Origin: Amoebophrya sp. A120
Lineage: Eukaryota > Protista > Dinoflagellata
NCBI GenBank assembly: GCA_905178155.1
Contig: CAJINV010000004.1
Span: 2,626,228-2,690,227 of the forward strand
Direction of reading: 5' to 3'
Length of the DNA: 64,000 nt
Part shown: piece by piece, positions 1 through 13,800 of the stretch
How the letters are laid out: every line of letters begins with the position of its first letter
How positions within the stretch are numbered: position 1 is the first letter of the stretch
Notes under the pieces: model-generated
The model's database searches: none
Seen by the model: only the letters and a program-made list of their open reading frames with translations
What the model was told of the DNA's origin: nothing
Program-made: the position numbers and the translations under genes

Positions 1-748
1 TTTTGCGGAGAAGAGCTTGTTTCTTTTTGCAGATGTTCGTTTTCCTCCGCAACAAGATTCGGTTCTTTGGCTTCTCCGCCGATCAGGACGCCGATGCGGA
101 TAACGAGGACACGATGATCGTCATCTTCTTCATCATCTATGACAGTGCACAACTACTCCCCCTCCCCCTCATCTGTATAGCATGAACGGCAATACAAGCA
201 TCAGCAAGAATGCCGGTTTTGCATGACAGATTTGCACTGGAGTATAGTCCTACTTGGGCTACCAGAACTTGTCATGCACACAGAGCCAAGAGGCAAAGGG
301 TGGATTGGGTATTTGACATGACAAACGAGGGGGAGGGGGGGTTATGCACTGTCATATCATCCTTGTTCCGACCGCTGGGCGAAGGAGACTTTGCAGGAGC
401 TTTATCCGCGACATCTCTTTCAGCACCGGACAAGCCCACCTGCTCCGCAGCCTCGGCACCAGCATCTCGAGACGCCGTTTTTCCTCCGAGGAACAAGAAG
501 TCCTCGTGTAGTGTCTGACCGCGCAAGGCATCAGAAACTGCTTCGGCGAGAGCGTTTCTGTGGAGAAACTCCGCGAGAACAGGGTAGCTGACATTGCACG
601 TTGGGTCGTTTGAGTCCTGCAGAGCAACGTGGTGCGGATCTCGCAGTGCGACGGATAGAGCATTTTTCTCCTGTTGTACCAGTCCACCTGCAAGCGGTGC
701 TCCGGCCAGCCGCAGTGGGCTCTCGTCTTGTGTGGTGGAGGGAGGCAT
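1..748 (-). CDS. Hypothetical protein, runs off window start; one introner
   Basis: ORF 272..748 continues in frame (..RNKDDEEDDDHRVLV..) to base 1 after removing 138-356 plus one TCATC copy. Confidence 0.65.
138..356. mobile_element. Introner family B, 219 bp
   Basis: TIR TATGACAGTGCA..TGCACTGTCATA; DR TCATC/TCATC; frame restored. Confidence 0.9.
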
Positions 749-1726
749 GGTCTTCAGCTGGATTTGCAGCGTTCGACGGCAGCACCACTACAACCAAGGC
801 AGTTCAGCGAATGGCTAGGTGTGGTCCTTACAAGTGGGCGTGTGCGCCATCTTGCTCTTGCACTTGCTATCGCCGGTAACATCTAAATTGTCTAAGGGAT
901 AGGGATACAGATGAACATTATTTTTACGATGGTTCAATCTCAATCAACAACACGAGGACGCGGCCTTGTGCTCCCACTGACGTTGTGCGAGGTCGTTTGC
1001 CGGTGCCGGGTCCAGCGATATCAGAACTCGTGAGGCAAGTACGAATAGAAGCAGTGCCATAATTCACGAAGGCATGGGTCAACATGTAGTGTGAAAATGT
1101 TACATGAGGTCCTGAAGGAGCCAGCGCCAGCAGAACGAAGCAGACTTTAAGTGCAAGCGACAAGTGAAACGAAAGAATGATGTGCACCACAAAAATTAAA
1201 TGTTGACATTGACATTTGATGCCTCGTTTGGGTATGTTGAAAGTCTCTCTTGACTCCTGCTCCAGAGTCAGACCTAATCCGAAACATCCGACGCACCAGA
1301 CACTATCAAGCGCCATCAGAATCTTCAATACGAACATCGATGCGAAGATCAAGAACACGATGATGTTGATGTGTTTCGCCTTGGATTAAATTCTGCGTTT
1401 GCAGCGACGTCCTCGCCATGGTCAGGTATACACCAGAAAAAGATAAAAACTCATTAAATTATATCCACGACGACTACGTGGACGTACCGTTCTCGTCCAT
1501 CATCGATTTGGATTTTCTTTTCCATACACAAGCGCACAGTTTCTGCATGATACATTCATTATTCGTTGGCCATTCGTCGTGTGTTTCATTTTCATTGATG
1601 CAGAACATGGGAGGTCGAAAAACCCTCCTTTCATGAGGTCAAGAACCATCAATCAATCCACGAGCAGCGCAACAGGACAACTTGCAAGAAGTAGCCGAGT
1701 GCATCAAGTCCACCATAGCTTACAAC

Positions 1727-3965
1727 TCAGCCTGCCCGCAGCGGACTGTTGACGACTACTTCCGGATTGATTCCCGCGTTTTTTGCTTGGATTTCGGCTA
1801 ACACATTTCGCCCCACCTTCGGCTTCTTCCACTTCGCCAAGATTTCGTCCACAATGTGTTGGTTTTCCTGCAGTTCCGCACTGTCAAACGCGGTTTTTCC
1901 GTCGCTTTCCGCCTTCAAGTACGGATCCGCGCCGTGGTTCAGGAGTATCTTGATCGTGGATGTCCGGCCCGCCCGGCAGGCGGCGTTCAGCGCTTCGGTC
2001 AGCGTCTCGGCCCGGCGGTAGGACCCCTGGAGAATGGAGAGAATTTTCACCAGGCAACTGCCATGCCCGTTTTTCGCGGAGACCAAAAGGCCGGACTCGA
2101 GGGATGGGAGCGAAGTTTGGATATCAAGTGTAAAAATGTCTGGGTCTGGAAGAATGCAACTTGTCATGCTAAATCTGAAGCATGCAAAAATCTGTGTTGC
2201 ATGATTGCCAAATGGCGTCCAATTTTGACCAAGTCGGGACGCAGTTTCTCATGCAGGATAGGCATGAGAAAGATCGCACAGAATCTGTCATGCTAGGTCC
2301 TGCATTCCAGACCTCATGGGTCATGAAAAAGCTGCATGACAAATCGCACACTCTTCCAGACCCAGACATTTTTACAGTTGATATTGGAATTCCAGGAGCA
2401 ATTGCAGGGTGGCGGAATCTCCCCGGGTGCAGACAATTTGGACACCTAATAAATCAATATGTATACTTTTGCAGTGCCAGTGGACGCTCGTAATCGTCAT
2501 CGCCGTCGTGTGTCAACGCTTGGTGACATATTAGCATAAGTTTCGCACTACCTTAGTACAGCATTCGATTCAAAAATTCAAGTTTGTCGTACGCGAGCGT
2601 TGGCTGAAAGAAACTCCAGTATTACAATAACAGTATCTACGATCTATTCATACCCTCTTCCGCCGCGGCGCCGCACTGTATGAGTTTCCGTATCACGGCG
2701 TGATTATCGTGTTTCCGGCACGCGGAGGCTAATGCGGTGCCGACGGGCGCCTTCTTCTTGTCGAGTAGATACTCCACAACATCCAGTTTCCCCCGTTCTG
2801 CCGCGGCGGCCAAGGGTGTCAATCCCTTACTGGGGCCGAAAGTGGCGGTGCCGGTCACGGTGAGGTCCTGTCGTGGAAGGAAGTCATTGATTCTGTATCA
2901 TGTACTTGCATGCGTGCACAAAAAAACTTCGCCATGAATTGTTTGCAATCTTCTCGCAAGAACTTCTACAAGGCTTTTGCAGGCGAAGCATGTCCTTGAT
3001 GAAAAATAGCTACAGCCTTGAAGTAGTAGTAAGTACCTTATGCTGCACTAACAGATGGTCGACGTCCTCCAGGCGCCCGCCCTGCGCAGCGTAGACCAGC
3101 ATGTCGCCCAATTCCTGCTCCTGCTCGACACCTAAAGGTCCACGGTTAATTTTCGGTCCCCGCTTTACCAGGCTGACCTCGACCGACGGCGGGTCTGCCG
3201 GGGTCCATGACTCGTCGCCACCAACCAGGAAGTGCACCTTGGCATGTATGAAGCTTAAGCTTTTGCTTAGAAGAAGAAGCAAGGGGTCTCTTTTGGTCGA
3301 CGCAGTAGGCACATGGACCTAGCGGGGGACAATAGCATCTGCTTCTGCATGACATCAATCGCACGGCAAGCCGCGGCTACGGTGTATGTAAAGAAATAAG
3401 TACTTTCTCTTTTCGGTACTCCCGAAGGCACAAGCGGCCTAAATCCGGCTTGACTAGAGACTGTAGGAGTAATCTCGCTGATGAATCGGAGGACCTTGGG
3501 GTGAGATGTTATTTGATTTTGGAATCCAAAACCGAAACGAGAATTAAATGCCCGAGAAATGTAATGCCCATTTTGTTTTTGATTTTTTGCATCACATACA
3601 GGAAAACAAAGCGTAACTGTGACAACTATCATCTATCTGCATGCGTGACGAAAATCATTACTCAAGGCAAAGAATCCTTTGTACACAACGACGCTTTCGT
3701 CCAAATTCAACGGCTTGCAGACACAGTGTGCGGTCCGCGCCCAGGTTGCCTCCCCGAGCTCCAGTTCCTTTCTCGCTTGCGTGACGCCGGGCGGAATGGA
3801 GGGGATGTTCAGCAGAAATTCGTAACTGACCTCGCCGTAGCCGTGCAGCCAGCCTCGCCATTTCGCGCCCTGGCCGAAGAGCTCCGATTCCGAGGCGATG
3901 GAGGAGTCGCTTTGCTCTGCGGAGGGGGCTAAGCCTCCCGGCTCCGAGGAGGAGGAGGCAGACAT
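1727..3965 (-). CDS. Ankyrin-repeat protein (5' exon 3633-3965 tentative)
   Basis: TPLAAAAERGKLDVVEYLL, ALNAACRAGRTSTIKILLNHGADP, GKTAFDSA; GT-AG introns 2446-2653 and ~2868-3036; introner 2122-2383. Confidence 0.85.
2122..2383. mobile_element. Introner family A, 262 bp
   Basis: TIR TATCAAGTGTAAAAATGTCTGGGTCTGGAAG; DR TTGGA/TTGGA; join gives LLLEFQTSLP. Confidence 0.95.
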
Positions 3966-4444
3966 TTTTTTGCTACAACTGTCTGGAAAGACGGACTCTG
4001 TGCGAAATCGGAAAATTTTTCGGACGAAATACTCTCAGCAGAAACACAACATCGCATCTTCTCTGTAGTTCACGACGCCGTGTGGTCTCTCTTCACTCCT
4101 CGAAACTTTACCTGTCCAGGAAAACAGGCTATCCGATCACTTCTCTTTTGACACGGCATGATCGCAACTCTTTCAGGACGCAGACCGAGAGGCAAAATGA
4201 CATATGGATATGCGATGCGCGACAGTAAAAGTGCTCGTATTCCTATACAAAACGAATACGAAACACAAAGAGAAAGAACGACGACCCGAAACACGTGGAA
4301 GACTTGCAACATAAACACGGCCCTGTCTTCACTCGATCTCGATGCAATAGACGCTGCGACACCTTTCGAAAATAAGTGGCGCTAAGCCGTACGAACATGA
4401 CACGGCGCCAGCATCCTTTCTCAATCTAACAACTGCAATGCTGC

Positions 4445-6638
4445 TTACTTCACCAAATAACTGCATCGCCCACTTCCTGGGTCTATCTGAAATCGTCCGC
4501 CTTTCTCCTCGGCCAGCAACTCCTCTAGTAAGTGCTCTGGCAGCTCTATGAGGTTCGGGCCGAGCGGTGGCATATTACTTCCGGAGGACAACGACAACCA
4601 TTGCACCAGCTCGAAGTCTGTCTCCCACGCTTTCGCGGTGGCAAAGCTATGCGGGAGGATTCCGCGGAGCTGTGGAAAAGCAAACTGCCCGTCGCTCGTT
4701 CGTCTCGGTGAAAAACTACAGGGCGAGTCAGGCTCAGCAGGCGCGGGCGGTGCTGGTGAAGTGTTTTTAGGCTGGTTGCGTTCATAATCTTGAAGATTCA
4801 CGCGCGAAGATCCTGACTGATGGCTCTGCTTCACCGGAGACCCTACAACACGGCGTTTTTGTCGCTCGGCCGCTTTTCTTTCTTCCTCCTCCCACATTTT
4901 GGCGAGCCGAAGCACCACGGAAACCCCTCCTGCGACACAGGTATCCGGTTGGAAGAGCTGCACGGGGGGTCGTGGGTAGTTAAAACTAGGGGAATGACGT
5001 CGCGCCGGCGCAGTCATCCACGGCCGAAACGCCTCCACACCGATGAGCGATTCGCAGCCCGCGATGGCGATTTTTTCACAACTTTGCCTGTTTGTATTTT
5101 GATGTTGTTCGTCACGTAGACCGAACGCTACGTAGTCCTCGAGCGCATTCGGCGCAAACGGTTCCTCGCAAAAGCCGATGCCCACAGGTTCGAACACTTG
5201 CCGCATTAACGTTTCCACGAAGAAAACTTGCTCTGATCCGGTTTGCCACTCCTCTTGGAAGCCCATCAAATCCACGAAAAGGTGGATATCCGGACCGACA
5301 ATTCGGCGGGCGCCATGGAACACTTGCCTTGCCCAGGCGAGTTGGACGTCGGGGGGGAAAAGAGCATCAACTGCAGATGCGCCTCCCATCTTGATGGGCG
5401 GAGTAGGAGCCGGCTCATGTTGTCGTTGTCGTTGTCTTGCCGTGTGGTCCACTTGTACTACTGGCACTTCTCCTACGCCTACCTTGTTGTCAAATAGACC
5501 AAACTATGGATTGCAAAAATGTCTGGGTCTGGAAGAATGCAAGATTTGTCATGCATATTTCTCATGACTCATGATGCCTGTAATGCAGGACCTAGCATCG
5601 CAGACTTTTAGAGGGCTTCCTGATGCACCTTCCGCATGAGAAGTGCCCTGTTCGTGTAGCACAAACTGTGCCCCTCTTGCTGGTCATGCAATACAAATCT
5701 TTTTAGAGTCCAAAAACAGCATGACAAGTTGCAATCTTCCAGACCCAGACATTTTTACAGTTGATACAAACGGCGGCCCCACGAAGAGTTTGAACGCTTT
5801 CAAGTGGTAGCAACGCATATGCATTGCAAAAGTATCGTACTCGTATAAATGCAAGTCTTGCATTACAAATCTTGTCCCCAAGGCAAATCTGCATTACAAA
5901 TTTTATTTCTCATGCTGCAGAAATTTGTATTGCATTTATACGAATACGATACTTTTGCAATGCATAACGCATCAACCGCTCCAATTTTGCAGCCAGCAAC
6001 CCTATCGCCTCCTCTGGGTCAAAAGAAAACGGAATTTCCACGGTGCAGTAAGCAACTGGCCCACCTCGTCCTTGATTTTGACGCGAGAAGCCGCGGAATG
6101 GTGTAGCTCCGTTCTCAGAGGACCATGCTGCAGACAACAACTCCGCCAATTCCACTCCCTGAAGCTGAGCTTGCAGCTGCCACAAGGCCGTGTCAATGCC
6201 ACTGATTACGGCTGCGGCGTCCGGGTTGCGGCAGTTATACGAAGAGGAAATGAACAAGCTAGCATCATCTCCTGATGTTGATGAATTATCCTTCGCACTA
6301 GCCACCGGCTCATTGTTTGCCAGCGGGTTGTTCCAGATCGCAGGTCCCGCCGTGCCAGAAATAGCCTCCAGGCTCTTCGCGACCCTTTCCTGTAACGAAT
6401 CGGCTACCTCTTCTTGCCTGGATAAAAAGTCTCCGGCGCCTGATGAACTAGCTCCTTGCCAAATTCTCTCCGCCTCGCCAGCATCGCAATAGGAACAGCC
6501 TACACCAACTTTGTCGCCAAATGTGATTTCGCAGTGACTGACCGGCCGGATGAGCGTCTCTGTCCATCTTACCGGGCGCTGCCGAGTGAAACGAATGGAG
6601 AAATTTTGTGGCGCGACGGGCGGCCGAAGCCTCGCCAT
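4445..6638 (-). CDS. Enolase-superfamily enzyme (mandelate racemase/muconate lactonizing family)
   Basis: ISGIDTALWQL, AFKLFVG, RIVGPDIHLFVD, CEEPF, AGCES, QPDTCVAGG; continuous after removing two introners. Confidence 0.85.
5505..5766. mobile_element. Introner family A, 262 bp
   Basis: TIR TATGGATTGCAAAAATGTCTGGGTCTGGAAG; DR CAAAC/CAAAC. Confidence 0.95.
5818..5966. mobile_element. Introner family C, 149 bp
   Basis: TIR TATGCATTGCAAAAGTATCGTA; DR ACGCA/ACGCA; join LMRCYHL. Confidence 0.95.
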
Positions 6639-7220
6639 GGGATTCTAAATGGCTCTCAAATGCTGGTCGACGATGATGATTTTTACGTGCTGCAGACAAC
6701 TGCTACGTACTCTCTCTTTCGAAACCGTTTCATCGCGCACCAGGATTAGAAATAAACTCGGTTGCTGTGACCGTAAAATGCAAATAACTCATGACGAGAG
6801 CGGAAGGATTAAGAGGACGGACGGACAAACGGACACAAGAAGACACGAAGGAGGAGGACGGGGCTATATCTTATTATCGATCAAAAACTTTTGTGCAAGG
6901 AGGATCGTGTGACCGCGCTCCTTCCACAGTTGTGGCTAATCACCTTATTAAGTATTCGATCAGAAACTTTTGATCGGAAACCAAGTGCGAAAGAACATCA
7001 AAGTTGTACCATGAGTGTGTCCTCATCCTCAAGGGAACAAATTATGCCACTGCGATCTTTATTTTTTACGCAATGAATAAATAGAAGCCGCGTCAACGTC
7101 AAGCTCAAGTCCGAGGATTGCAAACTGCTTTGATATTTCTGTTCGTGAGAGAAATTATCAGAAAGGCCGCGAACAAGGGGAACGCGACATCACCTCTGCG
7201 GACGAGTCATCTTTCTACAT

Positions 7221-9772
7221 CTACACATTCACTCTGGTACGCCGTTTCCGGTTCGCGCGGATCTTGATCTTGGTGAACTTGTGCATGTACCGCGTCCGCG
7301 TGCGCATGCCGTACCGTCGCTGCATGCGGTTGCACATCCTCCGCTGCACGATCAACCCCAGGGGCTGCTTGGGCGACCGGGTTTTCAGGCCGTTCGCGTA
7401 CACCCCCCACCGGGTACAGGGCACCTTCTTCTCGGATTTCGCCTGCGACCCGCCCCCGTGTGGGTGGAACGAGGCCTCCATCGCGTTCCCCCGGACGCTG
7501 GGCCGAATACCCAGCCGCCGGTTCACGCCGGCCTTGCCTTTAAACCTGATAGAAGACGCAGTGCACTCGGCTTTTTAGTTGTACTCATGTGCTGTGGATA
7601 ATCTTTCATTCTTTGAATTGCACATTCAAATGAAGACTTTATTATTTAGGTTCTTATCTATTTCATCACTAGGACTGTCGTCTGCGCATGACAAATTTGA
7701 AGAAGAACTGATAAAATACCTGTGATCGTGCATGATGTTCGACACTTGGCCGATGGTCGCGTAGCACTCGTTGTGAAACTTCCGGATTTCCGTGCTGTTC
7801 AGCTTCAGTGTCGTGTATCTGGGGCAACGGTCAAGCAGGATGGCGAACGCCCCCGCCGCTCGGGCCACCTGGCCTCCGTATGGAATGCAAATATGTCTGG
7901 GTCTGGAAGGATGCAAGGTTTGTCATGCTTGCGTGGCATGACTGACGAGTTTGTGATGCGTGTCCAAGAAGAGACCCTTTTTTATTTTCTTGTCATGCAA
8001 ACACGCAGGAGCTTGTCACGCGGTATTAAGCGCAATACTAAGCCGCGCAAATATTTCTCATGCTTGGCTGCACATAATTACAGAGCATTCACTATTCACA
8101 ACCCAGCATTACAAGTTTCCAGACCTCCCAGACATGTTTGCATTTGATACTCCGCGCCCCGGCTCAATTTCCACGTTGTGCACGATCGAGGACACCGGTA
8201 TTTTCCCGAGTGGCAAGGCGTTACCGGGCAAAATGTTCGCGTTTTCGGAGGCCACCACCTGGTCGCCGGGGCGCAGCGTGTCCTGTGCAAAAGTATCGCA
8301 CTCGTATTGCAGTCATGCATTACAAATCTTTTTGTGAAGGCAAATCCGCAGTACAAATTTTATTTCTCATGCTGAGGAAATTTGTAATGCATTTATACGA
8401 GTGCGATACTTTTGCAATGCATACAGTGCGTGCGGCGCCAAAATGTAAGACAACACCCCGTCGTCGTACTGGATGAGCGCAATGTGCGCGCTCCGGCCCG
8501 GGCAGTACTCGATGCGGAGACAGGTCGCGGGCACGTCCTTGCGGCCGCGTTTGAAGTCCACGATGCGCAGGCGGTACGCACACTCCGCGCCCTGGTGCCG
8601 CACCACCACTTGCCCGGTCACGTTCCGGCCCGCGTGGTTGATGTGCGGGACCGACAACTGCTTCACCACCCGACCCCGAATATCCCACAGAAAAAAGCAG
8701 GCAGGTCATATTTGTAATGCAAAAATAAATATACCGGAAAAATCTGTCATGGGCGGCCCCATAGCATGCTGTTTAGGATGCGCAACACAGATTTTTCTGT
8801 GTGTTTCTTTTTGCATTGCAAAAATGCCCTGCTTGCTTTTTTCTGTGGGATACCGAAACGTGTCTTGCGGGTACTCCTCGAGCAGTTGCAGGAGCTTGCG
8901 CTGTATCCTGTGCAGAAGTATCGTATTCATAGTAATCGCATTCATGCATTACAAATTTCCATCCCAAGGCAAATCAGCATGACAAATTCTGTTTCTGATG
9001 CTCAACTAATTTGTCATGCGATTTATACAAGTACGATACTTTTGCGATGCATACGCTGTTTTGCGAACGTGAAGGGCGTGAAGACTTGCTGCTGGGGCAG
9101 CGGGCAGGCGAGCTTCGGGTACCCGGTCTCAAAGTCGGTGAAGGGGATCCGATTACGCTTCAGAATGGAGTAGCAGTTCGCGAACGTGCGGGTCTGCGAA
9201 AGCAGGTGCTGGTGGGGCTGGATGGAGGTTGGTTGGTCATTTCTGTCTACGAGTACTACGCAAGAACAGCGGGCGGGAGCGGGACTAGTAGAAGTTTGCT
9301 GGTAGTAGAAGTAGTTGCCCTGCTGGCCGCTTCTGTTGCTTTGCAGGCGGATCACTGAAGAAGAGGAGCCCAACGACGAGCTTGTGCAAGTAAAAATTGG
9401 TCGTCCACCAGCACTCCGCGAAGTACTAGATGATCTCCTTGTAGTACTTGAGGCCTCCAAGCGGCCCCCGGTCGAGAATCTTCTCGTCAGAACTGCTACT
9501 GCTACCTGTGCGAGGACCACATACGAAGTCGAGGAGGACGCCGCTCTTGTTGACCCGACTAAAAGGGGCCGGGCCCCCGCGCTTGTTGAGGAGGTTCCTC
9601 GGAGCTGCGACAGGTCAACACGTCGTGGTGGGGCTGCAAGAAGAACATTCGAAGAAGTTCTTACAGCTTGACCGAGGGTTGGGCGGGGAGCACGAGCAAT
9701 GGAGGTCGAGGTCGTTAATCCAGCTACACGACCTCCTCCACAACAGGATGCTGGTAACGACATGTTGGTCAT
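7221..9772 (-). CDS. RPL2: Mitochondrial-type ribosomal protein uL2 with long N-terminal extension
   Basis: AGRNVTGQVVVRHQG, RIEYCPGRSAHIALI, GNALPL, HNVEIEPGRGGQVARAAG, GKAGVNRRLGIRPSVRG, HPHGGG; 4 introners plus GT-AG intron 7546-7719; start codon tentative. Confidence 0.93.
7879..8149. mobile_element. Introner family A, 271 bp
   Basis: DR CTCCG/CTCCG; removal restores conserved uL2 PGRGGQVAR. Confidence 0.95.
8279..8423. mobile_element. Introner family C, 145 bp
   Basis: TIR core GCAAAAGTATCGCACTCGTAT; DR CAGCG/CAGTG; join APHALRPGD. Confidence 0.9.
8681..8852. mobile_element. Introner family D, 172 bp
   Basis: TIR TATCCCACAGAAAAAAGCA; DR CCGAA/CCGAA. Confidence 0.93.
8904..9053. mobile_element. 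Introner family C, 150 bp
   Basis: TATCCTGTGC..GCGATGCATA; DR CGCTG/CGCTG. Confidence 0.9.
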
Positions 9773-10889
9773 TGTCGTAGTCGTCCCGGGTGGTACTAGT
9801 TCGTAGGTGGACCACTCGATGGAGGCGTTGGTGCGTACGAATGCGGTTATTTTTGCGTCGATCAAACAATAGAAGCCATGAGTTGAAAGAACGCTCACTC
9901 AAACCACCTCGTCAGTCTGTCGTTGGATCAAGCGTCGACAATCGACGTCCTACGAGAAGAGCAAGCACTTCTAAGGAGAGCACACGACAGCACGGAGACG
10001 GGACATCAGGACAAGAGGCATCGTTGCTTAAATGTAATTTCAACGAAGTTTTATTTTTCGTATGGTATTTGTATGCAGCATGAGGGCGGCCGCGGTGGTG
10101 GTCCCGCCCCGTGCTTTTCCATTGAGACGAACTCAGCCTCCGCCGTGGTCTTCCAAGGCACCGCTTTTATTGAAATGCGAAATTCTTGAAAACGCCGATC
10201 TGCGAGGAAATCGCTCGTGCCTGGCTGCTTGTTCCAACAACAGATGAGAGACAGGCACAACTACCGAAAAAGGGCTGCTCCGAGATGTAAGTAAGTACTT
10301 ACACGAAAAGAAAGGCTCTGCCCCCTGATGTAGATATAGCGAACATCAAATCTGCCACCGACCTCTATGGGTTATCTGGTGTGCTGCGTGTGGGTTGCTC
10401 CTAGCAACATGCACCTATGCAGCCGTCAATTCTTGATTAGATTTACTGTGCGTGATTTCTTTTTAGACTTCAGATGAGGGAGTAAAACCTGATATATAAT
10501 GCCGGATGGACCATTTCAGCTGCGGTCGTGTTTGAGTTTGACATTGACTACTCTCAATAAAATGCAAAGACCTGCTGCTCCCGCCAACTTTTTTTGCATT
10601 AAGAACCCACCCAGCGGGGAGACAGAAAACAAAATAACTTTGTAGTTGCCTATACGTCTACAAGTCACAGCACACAAGCAGATTAAAACTGCAAAACTAA
10701 TACATATGCTGCGAAGCCTCTGGCTCTGCTTTTTTTGTTGACACAGAGACGCAATTCTTCATGGAACATGAACAAAAGTAGATGCGGATAACGATTTTTC
10801 GCGGGGATTATGATCAGTTGTGTAAAAATGTGATGTAGTGAAGTCGTTTCAGTGTGATTTGACTTGCAGTGTGATATTGAAATAAAATT

Positions 10890-13800
10890 TTACACGTCCT
10901 CCGGGTACGCCACCACTTTGCCTGTCTTATGGCGTTCTCAACTGTTAGTACATTCTCAGCTGCTACATGGACTTGTGATGCAAGAACCGCAATAGTGAAA
11001 GGAACAAGCTGTTGCAACTCTCGCATCACAATAAATTTGGCACTGATAATTTAGGCAAATTGTTTAGCCCTTCGGGAATTTTTTGCCACGCGCCGGAGCT
11101 TCATCAGCTTGATCGTCTGGCGGCTCATGGTAAATTTGCATGACAAATCATGCAACAGTTGAGAAGGTAACCGATTTGAGAACGCCATATGTGTCCAGAG
11201 TCACGGTCTTCATGAATCGGGATGGGTTCGGACATGGTCGGGGCTTGGGCAGATCGCCCTTGGTATCGCAAGAAAAAACTGTTTCACTGTGAACTTGTGA
11301 TGCAGGAAATGGCACACAGAACTCTTTGTCTTGCTACACCTGCAAGGCATTGGATTTTCAAGCGTGTAGTTTTCCCGTGGGAAGAGCGCATGACAAATTT
11401 TCAGTGTCATGTGTAGCAAACTTGTGATGCAGACCGTGCAAAGTCATCACAGTGAAACAGTTTTTTCCTGGGCTACTTGGTTGCCAGTTTGTACTGGAAG
11501 TATCAAATGCAAATATAGATCTGAGTGTGGAACACTGCAGCAAGCTTGTCGCACTAAATCTGAATGATGCAAAAATCTGTGTTCTTGCGTGAGTACAACC
11601 GAAAGCTGTCCGCGTTTGACCAAGTTGAGAGGGAGTTTTTCATGCAGGAAGGGCATGATAGAGACCTCAAAGTAGAATCTGTCATGCTAACTCTTCTTGC
11701 ATTCCAGACCTCATGGGTGCTCATGGAAAACTTGCATGACAAGTGTTCCAACGCGTTCCAGACCCAGACATATTTGCATTTTTTCATAGGAAGACTTCCG
11801 GCGCGAACTGCTCGGACAACTTCAACGACTCGGCGTATGGATGTGTCAGGATTGAAATCGTCAAAGTTGAAATAGTTTGTGATGCGTAAAATGCAACGCA
11901 GACATTGTCTCTATTGCAGAGGATGCAAGGGAGGCAGATTGTAAGCCTGTTGAGGGGTAGAAATAGAACTGCTAAAGTAGCATGACAAATGACGTCGCCC
12001 TTAACCAAACAGCATGACTAACTGGATTTAGGTTCTACCTAAATTTGTCATGCGCCGCTTGGAAATTGGGTTTCCGACTGGTATCCATTTTATGCATGGC
12101 AAATCATTTCAACTTTGTCGATTTCAAACCTGACGCTTCCATACGGTGGCGCCGGAGTTCTCCGAGCTCCCAGGGCCGCCGGTGCCAAGACGTTCCTCGC
12201 GAAGCGTTGCCACGTGGGCGGAAAACTTCGCGTCCGGGTTATCGAAGGGAAACGTCCCCCCTCCCCATATCAAGGCGGAACTTCTGACGCTGGATCTGTG
12301 GACACAAATCAGCTTTGTATTGCAGGAAGGGACGATTGCGGCCAGCTCCCCAATCTAGGTAGGGGCGTTTGGGTCTAGTTGCTCAGCATTGCAAACGGCT
12401 GCTCTTTGGGCCCAATAGCATGGAAAATCGCTTCAAAGGGCGCAAGCTTCTGCGTCTGCCCTTGTCTTCTTGCAAGACAAAGGTGATTCGTGACCGCATC
12501 AAATCAGCAACGCAAATCTTCGGACACATGCCTTTTCAATATGGGGAGGGCGAGTTTTTCCTTTCAATACAGGCCTCCCTCGACCTGGGTCGCCAGGGGG
12601 GTCCCCGCACACAGCTCCCCAATCGTTCTCGGGAACGGAGGAATCTTCTTCCCGGGGGGGCATCTTTCTTGCAACGGGTCGCCTTCATATGCATCTGCCA
12701 CTTCTTCTGGGTCGACGGCACAGCCGCCGTCCGTCAGGTCGACATGTATGAGGTTCCCAAGCGCTACATTCTCAACTGTTACATGAATTCATCGTCCACG
12801 CGATCAAGCTGCTTCGCGTGACAAATTTGCCTAGGGCCAAACAACACCTAAATCTGTGCGGAATTTGTAATGCTACAGGCGCAATCTCCCCCCTTTCACA
12901 CACTTGCTTTCCCATTCTTACGTCACAAATCCATGTAACAATTGCGAATGGAACAGTCGAGAACGCCATAATATGGCACCCGGGGTTGTCGCTCAGCATT
13001 GTAAAGGCTTGCGGGTCGCCGAAGAGGGACTCCCCGAACACGTTCGCCTCGTGCGTGGTGAAGATCACGGTTATACCGTAGACGGCCGCGAAACACATCA
13101 CGTTGCGAACCACAAGGGGGTATCCTGTGCAAAAGTATCGCACTCGTATTGCAGTCATGCATTATGTATTATGGTAAATCCGCATTATCTCATGCTGAGG
13201 AAATTTGTAATGCATTTATACGAGTACGATACTTTTGCAGTTCATAGGGGGTGACTTGTCGGGTCCAGGCCCTTGGTGGCCTCGTCCAGCAGCAGCAACC
13301 GGGGCCGCATCGCCAGGGCGAAGGTGATATCCTGTGCAACAGTAATATCGCAGTCGTAGTAATTGCAGTCATGCATTACAGATCTCCTTTCCAAGGTAAA
13401 ACTGCATGACAAATTCAATTTGCCATGCTGAGAAAATTTGTAATGCAATTTATACTAGTACGATACTACTTTTGCAATGCATAGGTGAGGCGGTACCGCA
13501 CGCGCTCCCCGTCCGAGAGGTTGATGACCGGTAAAGTTGTAGATTGGTATGTCGTCCCGGTCTCTTTGGGGACCGCGTCCAGGATTTCGGTAAAGTTGAA
13601 GAAGGACTCATGGTTCTTTTCGAAGCCCTCGTCCCACGTGGCAGCCTCTGAGTAGTTGCGGTTGGCGGGCCCAAACAGGCCCTTCCCGTGCTGCAACAGC
13701 TTGTCGTACATCAGGGTAACCCTGGCCACCAGCTTGAGGTCCTCGTCCGTCAACTTATTTGGGTTTCCCCCCAACAACTGCTGGCGGATACTCCGGCCTG

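Noticed and set aside
924-1358. 144-aa hydrophobic minus-strand ORF
   Set aside because: Non-ATG start and no motif; insufficient support
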